DNA of 64,000 nucleotides from Octopus vulgaris. Lineage: Eukaryota. Location of the stretch: positions 26,970,001 through 27,034,000 of the forward strand of contig OX597831.1 in the NCBI GenBank assembly GCA_951406725.2, written 5' to 3'. A model generated the notes under the pieces. That model had not been told where the DNA came from, did no database searches, and saw only the letters and a list, made by a program, of their open reading frames with translations. Below, in pieces: positions 1-13,599 of this stretch. Within the stretch, counting starts at the first letter, position 1. Every line of letters begins with the position of its first letter. Position numbers and translations under genes: made by a program.

Positions 1-139
1 AGCACCATTTCTTCCTAGTGAATCTCGTGAGACTATATAAACACATATGCGCACATGTTTATCTACACCTACGTACATACAAACGCGTGCATATGTGTGA
101 GTGTTACATACACAAACACATAGACACGAACACACACAC

Positions 140-179
<40 letters not shown>

Positions 180-543
180 CGTGTAATGGTGGATAAATAA
201 TATCAATAAATTTTACAACTTCCTGTTTTCTTATGTATACATATGTGTGTGTGTGTGTGAGAGAGAGTGTGTGTGTGTGTGTATGTATGTAGTTATGTAG
301 GTAGGTAAGGAGGAGGAAGGGAGGCAGGCAAGCAGGTAGGTAGGTAGGTAAATAGGTAACGAGTCGAATGATTGAAGAATAGATTAGTTGTGAATACATA
401 TATAGATTTATAAGACACACACACCCCACACACATATATAAATATTTTTTCTCTCCTTTTTTTGACTCTCCCTTTTTTTTCTCCTTGTTTCTCTCCTTGT
501 TTTTTTTTCTCTTCTTGTTTCTCTCCTTGTTTTTTCTGTGTAC

Positions 544-579
544 CTTTCTGTAGAAGGGTGTAGGCTCGAAACGTAAAAG
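544..579 (+). ncRNA. Minimal hammerhead-like motif, family Y1
   Basis: CTTT-CTGTAGA-A-GGGT(GTAG)GCTC-GAAA-CG-TA-AAAG within a ~180-bp element at ~480-660. Confidence 0.55.
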
Positions 580-657
580 ACTTTTTCTATTCCTGAGCGT
601 TATACTAATTGTTTTGTACACCACCTGTCTTCGTCTTTTGTTTTTTTCGTAAACTTT

Positions 658-736
<79 letters not shown>

Positions 737-808
737 AAAAAAAGACGAAGACAGGTGGTGTAGACAATAAACAGATGTATTAGTATAACGCTACGGAAGT
801 GAAAAAGT

Positions 809-844
809 CTTTAACGTTCCGACCCTACGCTCTTCCACAGAAAG
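809..844 (-). ncRNA. Degenerate hammerhead-like motif, family Y1
   Basis: Reverse complement CTTT-CTGTGGA-A-GAGC(GTAG)GGTC-GGAA-CG-TT-AAAG. Inverted relative to the 544 copy across a (TA)n run. Confidence 0.45.
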
Positions 845-1900
845 AAACACAGAAAGAAGCAAAGTATATATATATATATATTCACACATGCATACATACA
901 TCATCTTTCTTTTTTTCAGGATTGTCCTAAGTACAGCGCGTATCCTTTTGACTTTCTTCTCTCTTTTCTCTTGTCGAAGAAAATATTTCTCCAGCGTTCG
1001 TTATTTTACCGTCGTTCTGATCTAACGACCTTCCATGTTTGTTTTCGTTCGGTTTCCTTGTATGGCTCCACTGTCCTGTTTTTGTTCCCAGCTTTGACTC
1101 TCCATAAATCCCAAATTTTATTTTGGTACTTATGGGAGCAACTATCTTCGAAGACTCATAGTGTCGTTCATTGCTCGAAATGAGGAGTAGATAGACAGCC
1201 GAATACTGGCGAAGGGTCGTTGTTTATGTTACTTGTCCTGTTTTCCATTTGTTTCTCTCGTTGTTTGCGTATTGAACTCATTTGTTTTCGTATTTCATGT
1301 TGTTTACTGTTGGTGACGTCCTGTACCCATATATGCATATGTGCGTGTGTGTGTATATGTATGTATATATATCATATACACATACCTATACATATATGTA
1401 TATGTATCTATGTGTGTAATTGTGTCCGTGTTTGTCCTCCCACCATCGCCTGACAACCTATGTTGGGGTTTATGTCACCGTAACTTAACGGTTCGGCAAA
1501 AAGAGACCGATAGGATAAGTCGTGGGGTCGATTTCTTTGACTGAAACCTTTTAAGGCGGTACTCCAGCATGGCCGCACTCCAAATGACTGAAACTTGTAA
1601 AAGAGTATATGTGAATGTATGTGTGTGTCTGCGTTTGTGTAAGTATTTGTGCTTGTTTCTTTCGCCCATCACCGCTTAACAACCGGTGTTGGTGTATTTA
1701 CATCCTTGTCATAAAGCGGTTCCTTCAAAGTGAGCGATTGAATAAGATCCAGGTTTTTAAAAAAACCTGAGTACTGTACTTTTATTCACTCGATTAAAAA
1801 TCTTTAAGGCGCTGCCCCAGCGCGGCCGCATTCTACTGACTGAAACAAGTAATAATGAAAATAATAGTTAAAAGATGTATGTATGTATGTATGTATGTAT

Positions 1901-2320
1901 GCAGGAGTGGCTGTGTGGTAAGTAGCTTGCTAACCAACCACATGGTTCCGGGTTCAGTCCCACTGCGTGGCATCTTGGGCAAGTGTCTTCTGCTATAGCC
2001 CCGGGCCGACCAATGCCTTATGAATGGATTTGGTAGACGGAAACTGAAAGAAGCCTGTCGTATATATGTATATATATATATGTATAAGTGTGTGTGTATA
2101 TGTTTGTGTGTCTGTATTTGTTCCCCTAGCATTGCTTGACAACCGATGCTGGTGTGTTTACATCCCCGTCACTTAGCGGTTCGGCAAAAGAGACCCGATA
2201 GAATAAGTACTGGGCTTACAAAGAATAAGTCCCGGGGTCGATTTGCTCGACTAAAGGCGGTGCTCCAGCATGGCCGCAGTCAAATGACTGAAACAAGTAA
2301 AAAGAGTAAAAAGAGAGAGT
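1901..2320 (+). mobile_element. tRNA-derived SINE family A, full length
   Basis: A box TGGCTGTGTGG, B box GGTTCAGTCC, central CTTGGGCAAGT motif, internal (TA)/(TG), tail CAGTCAAATGACTGAAACAAGTAAAAGAG. Confidence 0.9.
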
Positions 2321-2860
2321 ATGTATGTATGTATGTATGTATGTATGAACGTATGTAAGCATACCTACATAATGTGTGTTGACATGCGGAACAGTGTTTT
2401 TTTCTTAAAGACACGTTTCATTGTAAACACAGACACTGTCTCCAAGTTTAACTTTGGTCTGTTTATTAATTATTTTTGTATTTCCGGCTTCTTGCGTCAA
2501 TCCGGAAATAGTATGACCATGATGTGTGTTGTTTACAACTCGGCGAGATATATATATATATATATATATATAAATATGTGTGTGTGTGTGTACACATAGA
2601 CACATAAATATATATATATATATATGTATATATATTCTTTTTTTTATTGTGTTTTACTTCTTTCAGTCATTGACAGGGGCCATGCTGGAGCACCCCCTTA
2701 AGGGGTTTTTTCGTCGAAGAAATCGACCCCAGGATTTATTCTTTGTAAGCCTAGTACTTATTCTATCGGTTTTCTTTTGCCGAACCACTAAGCAACGAGG
2801 AAATAAACACACACACACATGCATACATACATACATAAATACATACATACATACTTACAT

Positions 2861-2961
<101 letters not shown>

Positions 2962-3201
2962 TATTGGTGCGAATGGATTTTTTTATTACAGCGCCGTGAT
3001 TTACAATCTTGTAAATAATACTAATGGTATTTTTATATAAGCTTAAAGCTTATGGCGATCGCCGTGCAATGACTAAGGAAAATAATCTAATCCTAGCCCT
3101 CTTTTTTCAGTCGAGGGCTTATATGCCCCTTTATTAAACTACTTTCCTTAGTCATTGTAACGGTGATCGCCATAAGCTTTAAGCCTATATAAAAATACCA
3201 C

Positions 3202-3727
<526 letters not shown>

Positions 3728-4173
3728 ATATAAAATTTAAGTAGAGGATATATTAGCCTCTTAAAAGGGTGGTTACATCCAAGAAAACACTGGTTCTGAA
3801 CCTTATACCTGTGAGAAATAAATTTTTTCTAAATCAATAAGTATGTATTAAGTATATGAACCGTATTTAGATTAAGAAAAGAAAATGGAGAGTTAGTGGT
3901 AGATAATTATTTATTAATAAATTGATAATAATTTCTTCCTACAGCTGTTTCATTGACTAAATTACAACTTTGTATCTATAAGTCAGGAGCAAAATATCAT
4001 AAGCGAAAATTTAGACATTTAAAAATTTACAAGATGACCTGTCTGTTCATTCTAACATTACCTGCTGACCTATCCTTTCATTCTGTTGTAAAAAAAATTA
4101 AAAAAACAGATAGATTAACACGTAATTTTAGAAATGTCTAACTTTTCCCTTTGTAATTTGTAATTCATTCAAC

Positions 4174-4586
4174 GAGTGGCTGTGTGGTAAGTAGCTTGCT
4201 AACCAACCACATGGTTCCGGGTTCAGTCCCACTGTGTGGCATCTTGGGCAAGTGTCTTCTGCTATAGCCCCGGGCCGACCAATGCCTTGTGAGTGGATTT
4301 GGTAGACGGAAACTGAAAGAAGCCTGTCGTAAATATGTATATATATATATATATATATGTGTGTGTTTGTGTGTTTGTGTTTGTCCCCCTAGCATTGCTT
4401 GACAACCGATGCTGGTGTGTTTACGTCCCCGTAACTTAGCGGTTCGGCAAAAGAGACCGATAGAATAAGTACTGGGCTTACAAAGAATAAGTCCCGGGGT
4501 CGATTTGCTCGACTAAAGGCGGTGCTCCAGCATGGCCGCAGTCAAATGACTGAAACAAGTAAAAGAGTAAAAGAGAGTAAAGAGTA
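4174..4586 (+). mobile_element. SINE family A
   Basis: Near-identical to 1901-2320. Confidence 0.9.
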
Positions 4587-5191
4587 TAAATGGAAACAGC
4601 CGTAGGAAGAATGATTATCAATTTCTTAAATAATTATTACCCACTGACTCACCGTTTACTTCTCGTATTTTTAATATGAGCTAGCAGAAATACCCAACAT
4701 TGTCTGGGATTAAAAATATCATAGTTTATTTATTGCTTTAATTGTTTCAGTTCTGTGACTTGCGGCCATGCTGGGGCACCACTGTTGGTCGAACAAATCG
4801 ACCACAGGATTTTTTCTTTGTAAGCCAAGTACTTATTCTATCAGTGTGCTTTGCGGAAATGCTAAGTTATGGGAACATAGAGACAACAGTTTCAGTTACC
4901 AAGGATTGGTGAGGGTACAAACATAGACACATGCGCGCGCATGCACACATGCACACACACACACACAAATATACACATATATACGACAGTTATCTTACAG
5001 TTTCCGTGTACGAAATCCACTCACAAGGCTTTGGTCGGCCTGAGGCTATAATATGTGTATATATCCATATGTGTATTTATTTATATGTATATCTATATAT
5101 TTATATCTATATATATCCACATATATATATCCATATATATGTATATACAAATATGTATATACATATATATATATATATATATACATGTATA

Positions 5192-5222
<31 letters not shown>

Positions 5223-5377
5223 GCACATACATATATATATACGTATATACACACACACACATATATATATACATATACATCTATATATGTATGTACATAT
5301 GTATATATATACATATACATATATGTATATACATATATATATATATATACATATATATATGCGCACATATATACACC

Positions 5378-5433
<56 letters not shown>

Positions 5434-5434
5434 A

Positions 5435-6055
5435 TTAACGTAGGATAAAATTTTTTTCGAGAAAAAAGTTTTATCAATGGCCAGCATATCAAAAAATACC
5501 TTTAAAGGTTAAATTTATAAATAATTTACAAAATAAGGGCAAAAGAAAAATTCTAATGCCAAATATGCCGAAAAAAAGACGATAATTGTCAATAAACCAT
5601 TATAATTTATGCGTCTCGAAACAAACCGATAGAAATCTCTAAAAAATTCGTTATTACCGTATTGGTACAATTTCGGGATTAATTCGTAAGAAATTTTCCC
5701 CTCTTCAGCGGCAAATACGCGAGATATAAGTGAAATACTTACTCATACCCACGGAAAAACCAAGCACTAAGTCCCGAGCAGAACTAAGTACCCCAAATAT
5801 ATCCAAAATAGAAAAACCTTCGGCACTTCTCGAGACACGTGTGATTCGAACTAGAAACTTTCACAGAGTGAGAGAATCCGGAAGTGAACACTATTGAATT
5901 TATGATTAATGTAGGATAAAATTTTTTTCGGGAAAAAAATTTTATCAATGGCCAGCATATCAAAAAATACCTTTAAAGGTTAAATTTAGAAAATAATTTA
6001 CAAAATAAGGGCAAGAGAAAAATTCTAATGCCAATGCCCTTATTTTGTAAATTTT
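5435..6055 (-). mobile_element. Non-autonomous Penelope-like/retrozyme-like element with ~120-bp direct repeats
   Basis: 5435-5545 is repeated at 5906-6035, followed by a short inverted piece (gcccttattttgtaaatt). Contains the hammerhead and is flanked by (CA)n/(TA)n. Confidence 0.55.
5654..5714 (-). ncRNA. Type I hammerhead ribozyme, canonical core
   Basis: Minus strand reads TTGCCG-CTGAAGA-GGGGAAAATT(TCTTACG)AATTAATCCC-GAAA-TTG(TAC)CAA-TA-CGGTAA. Stem I TTGCCG/CGGTAA, stem II GGG(G)/(T)CCC, stem III ATTG/CAAT, cleavage triplet AUA. Confidence 0.8.
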
Positions 6056-6065
6056 ATATATATAA

Positions 6066-6116
<51 letters not shown>

Positions 6117-6909
6117 CGCACATATATACACAGGTATACACATAAATAACAGTGACAAACGAAATATACACTGCCGGAAGTTGTTGTTAACAAACAACAG
6201 CAGTAATTTTATTCAGCTGAATACACGTCATTGATTGGTTGAAATTACCGAAATACGACAACTTTAACAAGAAATAACATAATTTTCTCAACAACGCCAA
6301 GAGTAAAAGATGTTTTATGCGACACATTCTACCAGTATACGAAGTTTGAAAGTGTTTTGTTACAAAAAATTATGTTTTAAATCTGTCGGTTAAAAGGTTT
6401 CACTCTGAGTTCAAATCACACTGAGATCAACTGTGCTTTACTTCATATTGGGGTCGATAAATAAAGTAGTAGTCTATAGGTGGATTGGTGGGGTCGGTGG
6501 AACGTCGTATGAGTTACTTGGTGGTATTTCTTCCGGATCTCCTGAGTTCTTAGTTATTTGGTTTAACCACCACCAACACTGTGTAAATCATCCGGTTTCA
6601 GATCACCACCCGGTCCCTGGGTACTTTTAGGCATTCAGGTCAGGACTCCAGTTCAAGGATGCTTTCCCCTATTTCTCTTTCTTTCTTTCTTTCAAGTCTC
6701 GGAGGCCCTGAAAAAAATAAAAGGTCCGGATTGCTGCCCTCCCACCCCGACTAAGCAGTAACAAAATAATTAAAAAAACAAAATACGAATGGTGACACTT
6801 TCACGTTTGATGGCCTTGAACACCGTATCATATTATATTACCTACTATACCAAATACAAGTAAACAGATACATACATACATACATACATACATACATACA
6901 TACATACAT

Positions 6910-6943
<34 letters not shown>

Positions 6944-7230
6944 TGACAGACAGACAGACAAAGGTGGGATTGGAAGATGAGCTGCTAAGGCAACTTTATC
7001 TGATATAAGATAAAATAACTGCGGAATTACAAAAGGTGTATTTTAGTATTAGTTACATAAACCTCACCAAAGTACGCATGAAATACCTTCGTTACAAACA
7101 GCAGACTTGACGCCCAAACTATTTCCACGTTGTGGACAGAGAGAAGACACCTGACGGCTGTCCATGAGCAACGTGATATTCAACACAGACACAACATTGT
7201 TATCAGAAACGCAACCCACGCCCTTCTGTA

Positions 7231-7332
<102 letters not shown>

Positions 7333-7350
7333 CACACACACAAATATATA

Positions 7351-7760
7351 CTCTTTTACTCTCTTACTTGTTTCAGTCATTTGACTGCGGCCATGCTTGG
7401 AGCACCGCCTTTAGTCGAGAGCAAATCGACCCCAGGACTTATTCTTTGTAAGCCTAGTACTTATTCTATCGGTCTCTTTTGCCGAACCGATAAGTTACGG
7501 GGATGTAAACACACCAGCATCGGTTGTCAAGCGATGTCGAGGGGGTGGGGACAAACAGAGACACACAAACATATACATTCATATATATACTTATATACGA
7601 CAGGCATCTTTCAGTTTCTGTCTACCAAATCCACTCACAGGGCTTTGTTTGACCCGAGGCTATAGTGGAAGACACTTGCCCAAGGTGCCACGCAGTGGGA
7701 ATGAACCCGGAACCATGTGGTTGGTAAGCAAGCTACATACCACACATCCACTCCTGCGCC
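7351..7760 (-). mobile_element. SINE family A
   Basis: Reverse-complement copy. Confidence 0.9.
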
Positions 7761-7946
7761 TATATATAAATAGGTTGGAGCGAGGTCACTTGACCCTGTT
7801 ATCTCCCCTACTATCCCTCTAGCGTCTAACGTCTGACCTCTAACGTTTGACCTCCCATCTCTGACTTCTCCTGAAATCAGAACGCCATGTTGGATCATTA
7901 GCTCCTACACGCAATTTTTTTCTCTCCTTGTTTCTTTTCTGTGTAT

Positions 7947-7982
7947 CTTTCTGTCGAAGAGCGTAGGCTCGAAACGTAAAAG
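7947..7982 (+). ncRNA. Minimal hammerhead-like motif, family Y1
   Basis: CTTT-CTGTCGA-A-GAGC(GTAG)GCTC-GAAA-CG-TA-AAAG. Element ~7905-8165 has a tandemly amplified ~31-bp 3' unit. Confidence 0.65.
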
Positions 7983-8165
7983 ACTTGTTTTATTTCTATT
8001 CCTGAGCGCCATACTAATACAATTGTTTGTTTGTACTCCACCTGCCTTCGTCTTTTGTTTATTTTCGTAAACCTGCCTTCGTCTTTTGCTTATTTTCTGC
8101 CTTCGTCTTTTGCTTATTTTCGTAAACCTGCCTTCGTCTTTTGTTTATTTTCGTAAACCTTCCCG

Positions 8166-8219
<54 letters not shown>

Positions 8220-9069
8220 GCTATCTTTTACGTGTTTCAGTTATTTGACTGCAGCCATGCTGGAGCCTATTTTTTAAAGCCTAGTAATGATTTTATCAGT
8301 CTTTTTTGCCGAAATAAAAATACCAACACCGGTTGTCAAACGGCGATTGAGGACAAACACAGACACAAAGCCATGCACATTATAGTCTGTCTGTTTGTCT
8401 GTCTATCAATCTACCAGTCTGTTTGTCTGTATGTATGGATGTATGTATGTATGCATATGTGTACATGTGCGTGTGTATGTATGTGTATACGCGTGTATAT
8501 ATGTGCATATAAATATATATATATATACATACACATGTGTTTGTTTGTGTGTGCGTGCGTGTATGTGTATGTGTGTATGTATTGATATGTTTGTGTGTCT
8601 TAATGGATGTATGAATGAATGTATTATACTATTTATCAAGCTTAATTTGATAAACACTTTGGAGCGGTAACACGAAACTCCTTGGCCCTTGAGACAATCC
8701 TGTAGCTTCACACCTAGTACATAAGTGCGCACGTATCTGTGTGTGTATGTGTGTGTGTAGGTATACATACATACACACATATATATATGTATATATATGC
8801 ATATATATATATATACATATATAATTATATACATATATATATACTAGATTTTATATATTATATAGTCGTAAACACAAACACACACACACACATATATATA
8901 TGTGTGTGTGTGTGTTTTGTTTGTTTGTGTGTGTATGCCGAGGTCGGCTTTGCCTTGCATCCTTTCGGGGTCGATAAATAAAGTACCAGTTACGTACTGC
9001 GGTCGATGTAATCGACTTAATCCCTTACTCTTTCCTTGTTTGTCTCCTCTATATTTGTGGGCAATAAAG

Positions 9070-9131
<62 letters not shown>

Positions 9132-9717
9132 TAACTATCATATATTATGTATATGTACACACACACACATGTGACTGAGAAATTTCGTAGGGACGCCAAT
9201 TGTATGAAACATAATATTGAAGCCATTGCTACAATGCTTACGCAATGTAATTAACAGAAAATATGCTAATTAAATTACATTTGCAGTGAACAGAATAAGA
9301 CAAAGACTAAATAGCCAAAATTAATTAAATATAACCACGGAAAAGAGTGTGTGGGAGGCAACACTGAAATTTTAATTAAGGAAATCTTGAGAAGATGAAA
9401 ATATTAACTCGAAAACAAAAACCACCATCGAGATGGTCACGACTAGAACACCTCTGGTTGCCTGTCCTGAGTATTACGTGACACACAATACATTACCCAG
9501 GCGTCCATGCAACATACGTGATACATATTCCCAATTTGTTCTCTACTACCAGAGTAACTTGGGAATTATGAAAGGAAAGCTTTATATTACTCAACAACAT
9601 ATGAAACAAGAGCTAACTAGAAGTTCGACAACAAGCATGGATAAATTATGAAAATGTTTAGGATAAATTATGAAAATGTTTTGGACTGGCAAAGGGTTAA
9701 AATGACATAGCCAGAGC

Positions 9718-9876
9718 TACCTATTTCTTTACTACCCACAAGGGGCTAGACACAGAGGGGACAAACAAGGACAGACACACGGATTAAGTCGATTACATCG
9801 ACTCCAGTGCGAAACTGGTACTTAATTTATCGACCCCGAAAGGATGAAAGGTAAAGTCGACCTCGGCGGAATTTGA
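9718..9876 (-). mobile_element. SINE family C, 5'-truncated with 13-bp TSD
   Basis: TSD ACATAGCCAGAGC at 9705-9717 and 9877-9889. Other copies at ~8937-9072, 10970-11160, 31108-31245, 48880-49250 (tandem) and 51601-51745. Confidence 0.88.
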
Positions 9877-9985
9877 ACATAGCCAGAGCAACCGCCAACG
9901 ACGGCAGCCGCGAATAACTCGCCAAACGACGGCAGCAATGAAGACAACCAGTTCCCGGAGTCACCTAGAGAGTCCTTTCAGTGAT

Positions 9986-10246
9986 CTCTTTTACTCTTTT
10001 ACTTGATTCAGTCATGGGACTGTGGCCATGTTGGAGCACCGCCTTCTAGTCGAGCAAATAGACCCCAGGACTTATTCTTTGTAATCATAGTACTTATTCT
10101 ATTGGTCTCTTTTGCCGAACCGCTAAGTTACGGGGACGTAAACACACCAGCATCGGTTGTCAAGTCATGTTGGGGGGACAAACACAGACACACAAACATA
10201 TACGCACACATAAATACATACATACATACATACATACATACATACA

Positions 10247-10282
<36 letters not shown>

Positions 10283-10458
10283 CATACATATATACGACGG
10301 GCTTCTTTCAGTTTCCGTCTACCAAATCCACTCACAAGGCTTTGGTTGACCTGAGGCTATAGTAGAAGACACTTGCCCAAGGTGCCACGTAGTGAGACTG
10401 AACCCGGAACCATGTGGTTGGTAAGCAAGCTACTTACCACAAAGCCGCTCCTACGCCT
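9986..10458 (-). mobile_element. SINE family A
   Basis: Reverse-complement copy with expanded internal (TACA)n. Confidence 0.9.
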
Positions 10459-11429
10459 TCATCTTCGTAATAAAAATGGTTACTAATTTAACCTCAGGTT
10501 TCCCTAAAGACGAAGGAAGGAGAAAACAAATATGTCGACCATAAAATAAAAGTAAAAGGCTTTCGTTCCTTCGTCTTTGGTCGTGTTGTAATGTTATAGG
10601 GTAAATACCCTCATCGGTCATAAATGACTATGGGATTGCACCTAGAAAGTTATCCTCCGAAGCACAAATCCGGACAAGGTTGTTCGTGGAAGACCAGCAG
10701 TTGCCCATGTCTCCCCTCTCCACGCCACCGATGTAATCCAAGGAAAAGGCAAAGGCCGATACAGCTTCGCACCAGTGACGTCACAACGCATTTCTACACA
10801 TAAGTGAACTGGAGCAACGTGAAATAAAGTATCTTGCTCAAGAACACAACACACAGGCTGGTCCGGGAGTCGAACTCACTATCTCATGATTGTCAGCCCG
10901 ATGCTCTAACCACTGACCCATGTACTTGTTTGTTTTATTTCATAGATATTTTGAGATAAGGCCAGCAATTTTAGGGAGAGTGGGGCAAGTAGATAACATT
11001 GATCTCAGTCCTTGACTGGTATTTTATTGGTTCTATTGACCCTCGAGAGGATGAATGGCTAAGTTGAACATCACAGGATTTGAACTCAGAATGTAAAAGA
11101 GTTGTAAGGGGCACGAATAAGCATTTTGTCCAACGAGCTAACCATTCTGCCAGCTCGCCGTCTTTGTTGTATTCTTAGGTATTGTTACTGAAACAACATT
11201 GGCGGGAGACTTATCTCCCTAATGCGTTAATCTCTTTGGAGCACACACACACACACACACACACTGAAGGTCATGGTCGATAGTTAAAACTTCAGTGGTT
11301 TAAATCCAGGAAAGAAATTAAAATTAATTTCTTTCCTGGATAAACTTTTGGAATATGGCGTGGCAGTTATTGATGGAATGTCTTTGATTATAAGTCGGTT
11401 TAGTCAGATCTGACCTAGGGTTTAACAAC

Positions 11430-12130
11430 AGCAACTGCAGCAGCAGCAGCAGCAGGAACACTTCTATCACCATCACCGAAAATAGCAACATCCCCATCCC
11501 CAACATTGAGAGCAACAATAGCAAGAAGAACGATGATAATGGTATCACCAGTACCACCACTAACAACAACAACAAGAGCACAACCAACACTACCACACTA
11601 CCACTACCATCACCACTGGTACTACTACCACTACCACATCACCACCACCACCATCGCTACTTCTACTACCACCAATACCACAAACACTACTATCACCACC
11701 ATCACTAGCATCACCACTACAACCGCCACTACCACCACTACCACCACTACCACCACCACCACCATTGCTACCCCTGCCACAACCACCACCATTACCACCA
11801 CCAACAACAACAACACGAGCACATCCAACACTACCACCACCATCAACACCACGACCACCGCTACTTCTACTACCACCCCTACTACCACTACCACAAACAC
11901 CACTAACACCACCATCATTATCACTGCCACTACCACCACCATCGGTACCTCGGCCACTACCAACCACCACAACCACCATCATTACCAACCACCACAACCA
12001 CCATCATTACCACCACTACCACCATCACTACCACCACCACTACCATCATCACTACCGCGGCCACCTCTACTACCACCACCACTACCACCACCTCTACGAC
12101 CACCACCACCATCACCACCACCACCAATAA
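11430..12130. repeat. Cryptic (ACC/ACT/CAA)n trinucleotide low-complexity tract
   Basis: Degenerate triplet repeats give homopolymer-rich ORFs in most frames. Confidence 0.85.
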
Positions 12131-12757
12131 CAAAAACAATTGACGAGAAATTTTTATCTATAATTAAAATGACAGCCACGTATCAACAACATTGTGAAGG
12201 GAGTGGGGGTTGAGTAGGTGTGAGAAGTAGTGTGAGGAGGCGGTGGTGGTGGTGGTGATGGAAAAGAAGATAAAACAGAAGAGGAGGAAAACATAGAGTG
12301 TTTAATATGAATAAGAATGGACGGTTGGATGCGGTGGGGGAAATATTGCGGGGGCGGACGTTGACAGACGCAGTAGATATTTGTTTATGAAGTATTCAAG
12401 TGGAGAACAGAAGTCAAGGTCAACAGATTTCATTGTTGTTACATAAACCGGAAGTTAATGGAAGTATGTCATGTGACATATCAATAATGATTCCATTGCG
12501 CGCGGCTGTTTTGTAGTTGTTGTTGTTGTTGTTGCTGTTGTTGTAGTCATGATTGGTTTAGTTGTCATGATGGTGGCGGAGGTGGTGGTGGTGGTAATGG
12601 TATGGACGTTGTTCTTGACGAGCCTGATAGACGCTACTTCATCTCGTTCTTTCATAACAATGTCGTTCAATGCTGACGTTACATAACACGCACCCCATAA
12701 GTATACATACAGACAGACAGGTCGATAGAAAGACAGGTAGGTAGAAATATAGGTACG

Positions 12758-12823
<66 letters not shown>

Positions 12824-12868
12824 TACATATATCTATGTACATATATACTTGTACATATATATATATAT

Positions 12869-13125
12869 ATCTGTAAAATAATGTGTGACAATTATTCGGT
12901 AGCCAAGATAAAACTCTGAGTTTCGGTTGCCGAGGTGGAAATCCGCACCACTATCTCTTCGGTTATCTGGCCATCTGAAAAACGCTTTGTATAACGGTCT
13001 TTTTTCATAGCTTTTTTCAGATGGCCAGATAACCGAAGAGATAGTGGTGTGATTTCCACCTCGGCATCCGAAACTCAGAGTTTTATCTTGGCTACCGAAT
13101 AATTGTCACATATTATTTTACAGAT
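12869..13125. repeat. ~115-bp-arm inverted repeat (Penelope-type inverted pLTR pair)
   Basis: 12869-~12985 is the near-perfect reverse complement of ~13010-13125. Confidence 0.85.
13027..13088 (+). ncRNA. Hammerhead-like motif in inverted repeat (right arm)
   Basis: AGATAA-CCGAAGA-GAT...ATCC-GAAA-CTC(A)GAG-TT-TTATCT. Mirror copy on the minus strand at 12906-12968. Confidence 0.6.
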
Positions 13126-13204
13126 AAATTTCCTCTATCTACATAATATTAAGGTCTCTTTCTTTCTTTTGTTATCTTACCGTTTTTACCAATATATATA
13201 TAAA

Positions 13205-13553
13205 GGGGTAAGGGTAAAGACCCCCTTCGGTCATGAATGACCATGGGATTGCACCTAGAAAGTTACCCTCCTAGACACAAGTCCGGGCAAGGTTGTTTAT
13301 GGAAGACCAGCAGTCGCCCATGCATACCAGCCTCCCCTCTCCACGCCACCAGTGTTATCCAAGGGAAAGGCAAAGGGGCTGATACAGCTTGGCACCAGTG
13401 ACGTCGCAACTCATTTCTACAGCTGAGTGAACTGGAGCAACGTGAAATAAAGTGCCTTGCTCAAGAACACAACACGCAGCCCGGTCCGGGATTCGAGCTC
13501 ACAACCTCACGATCGTAAGCTCGACGCTCTAACCACTGAGCCATGCGCCTTCA
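13205..13553 (-). mobile_element. tRNA-derived SINE family B
   Basis: Head GGCGCATGGCTCAGTGGTTAGAGCG..TCGAATCCC, central TGTGTTCTTGAGCAAG.CACTT, tail GACCGAAGGGGGTC. Confidence 0.88.
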
Positions 13554-13599
13554 CAATATATATATATAAATATTATATATAGGGGAGCTAGAAAGAAGT

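Noticed and set aside
1833-2358. Recurrent peptide [29 protein letters not shown]
   Set aside because: Antisense translation of SINE A, not a protein family.
4931-5492. Numerous YI/HT/CV-repeat ORFs here and throughout the window
   Set aside because: Dinucleotide microsatellites contain no stop codons, so these are not genes.
9540-9700. GGG-TTAA piggyBac-like terminus
   Set aside because: No matching left end or transposase sequence was found.
11506-12213. 235-aa Thr/Pro-rich mucin-like ORF
   Set aside because: Translation of degenerate (ACC)n. It is open in several frames on both strands and has no domain or splice support.
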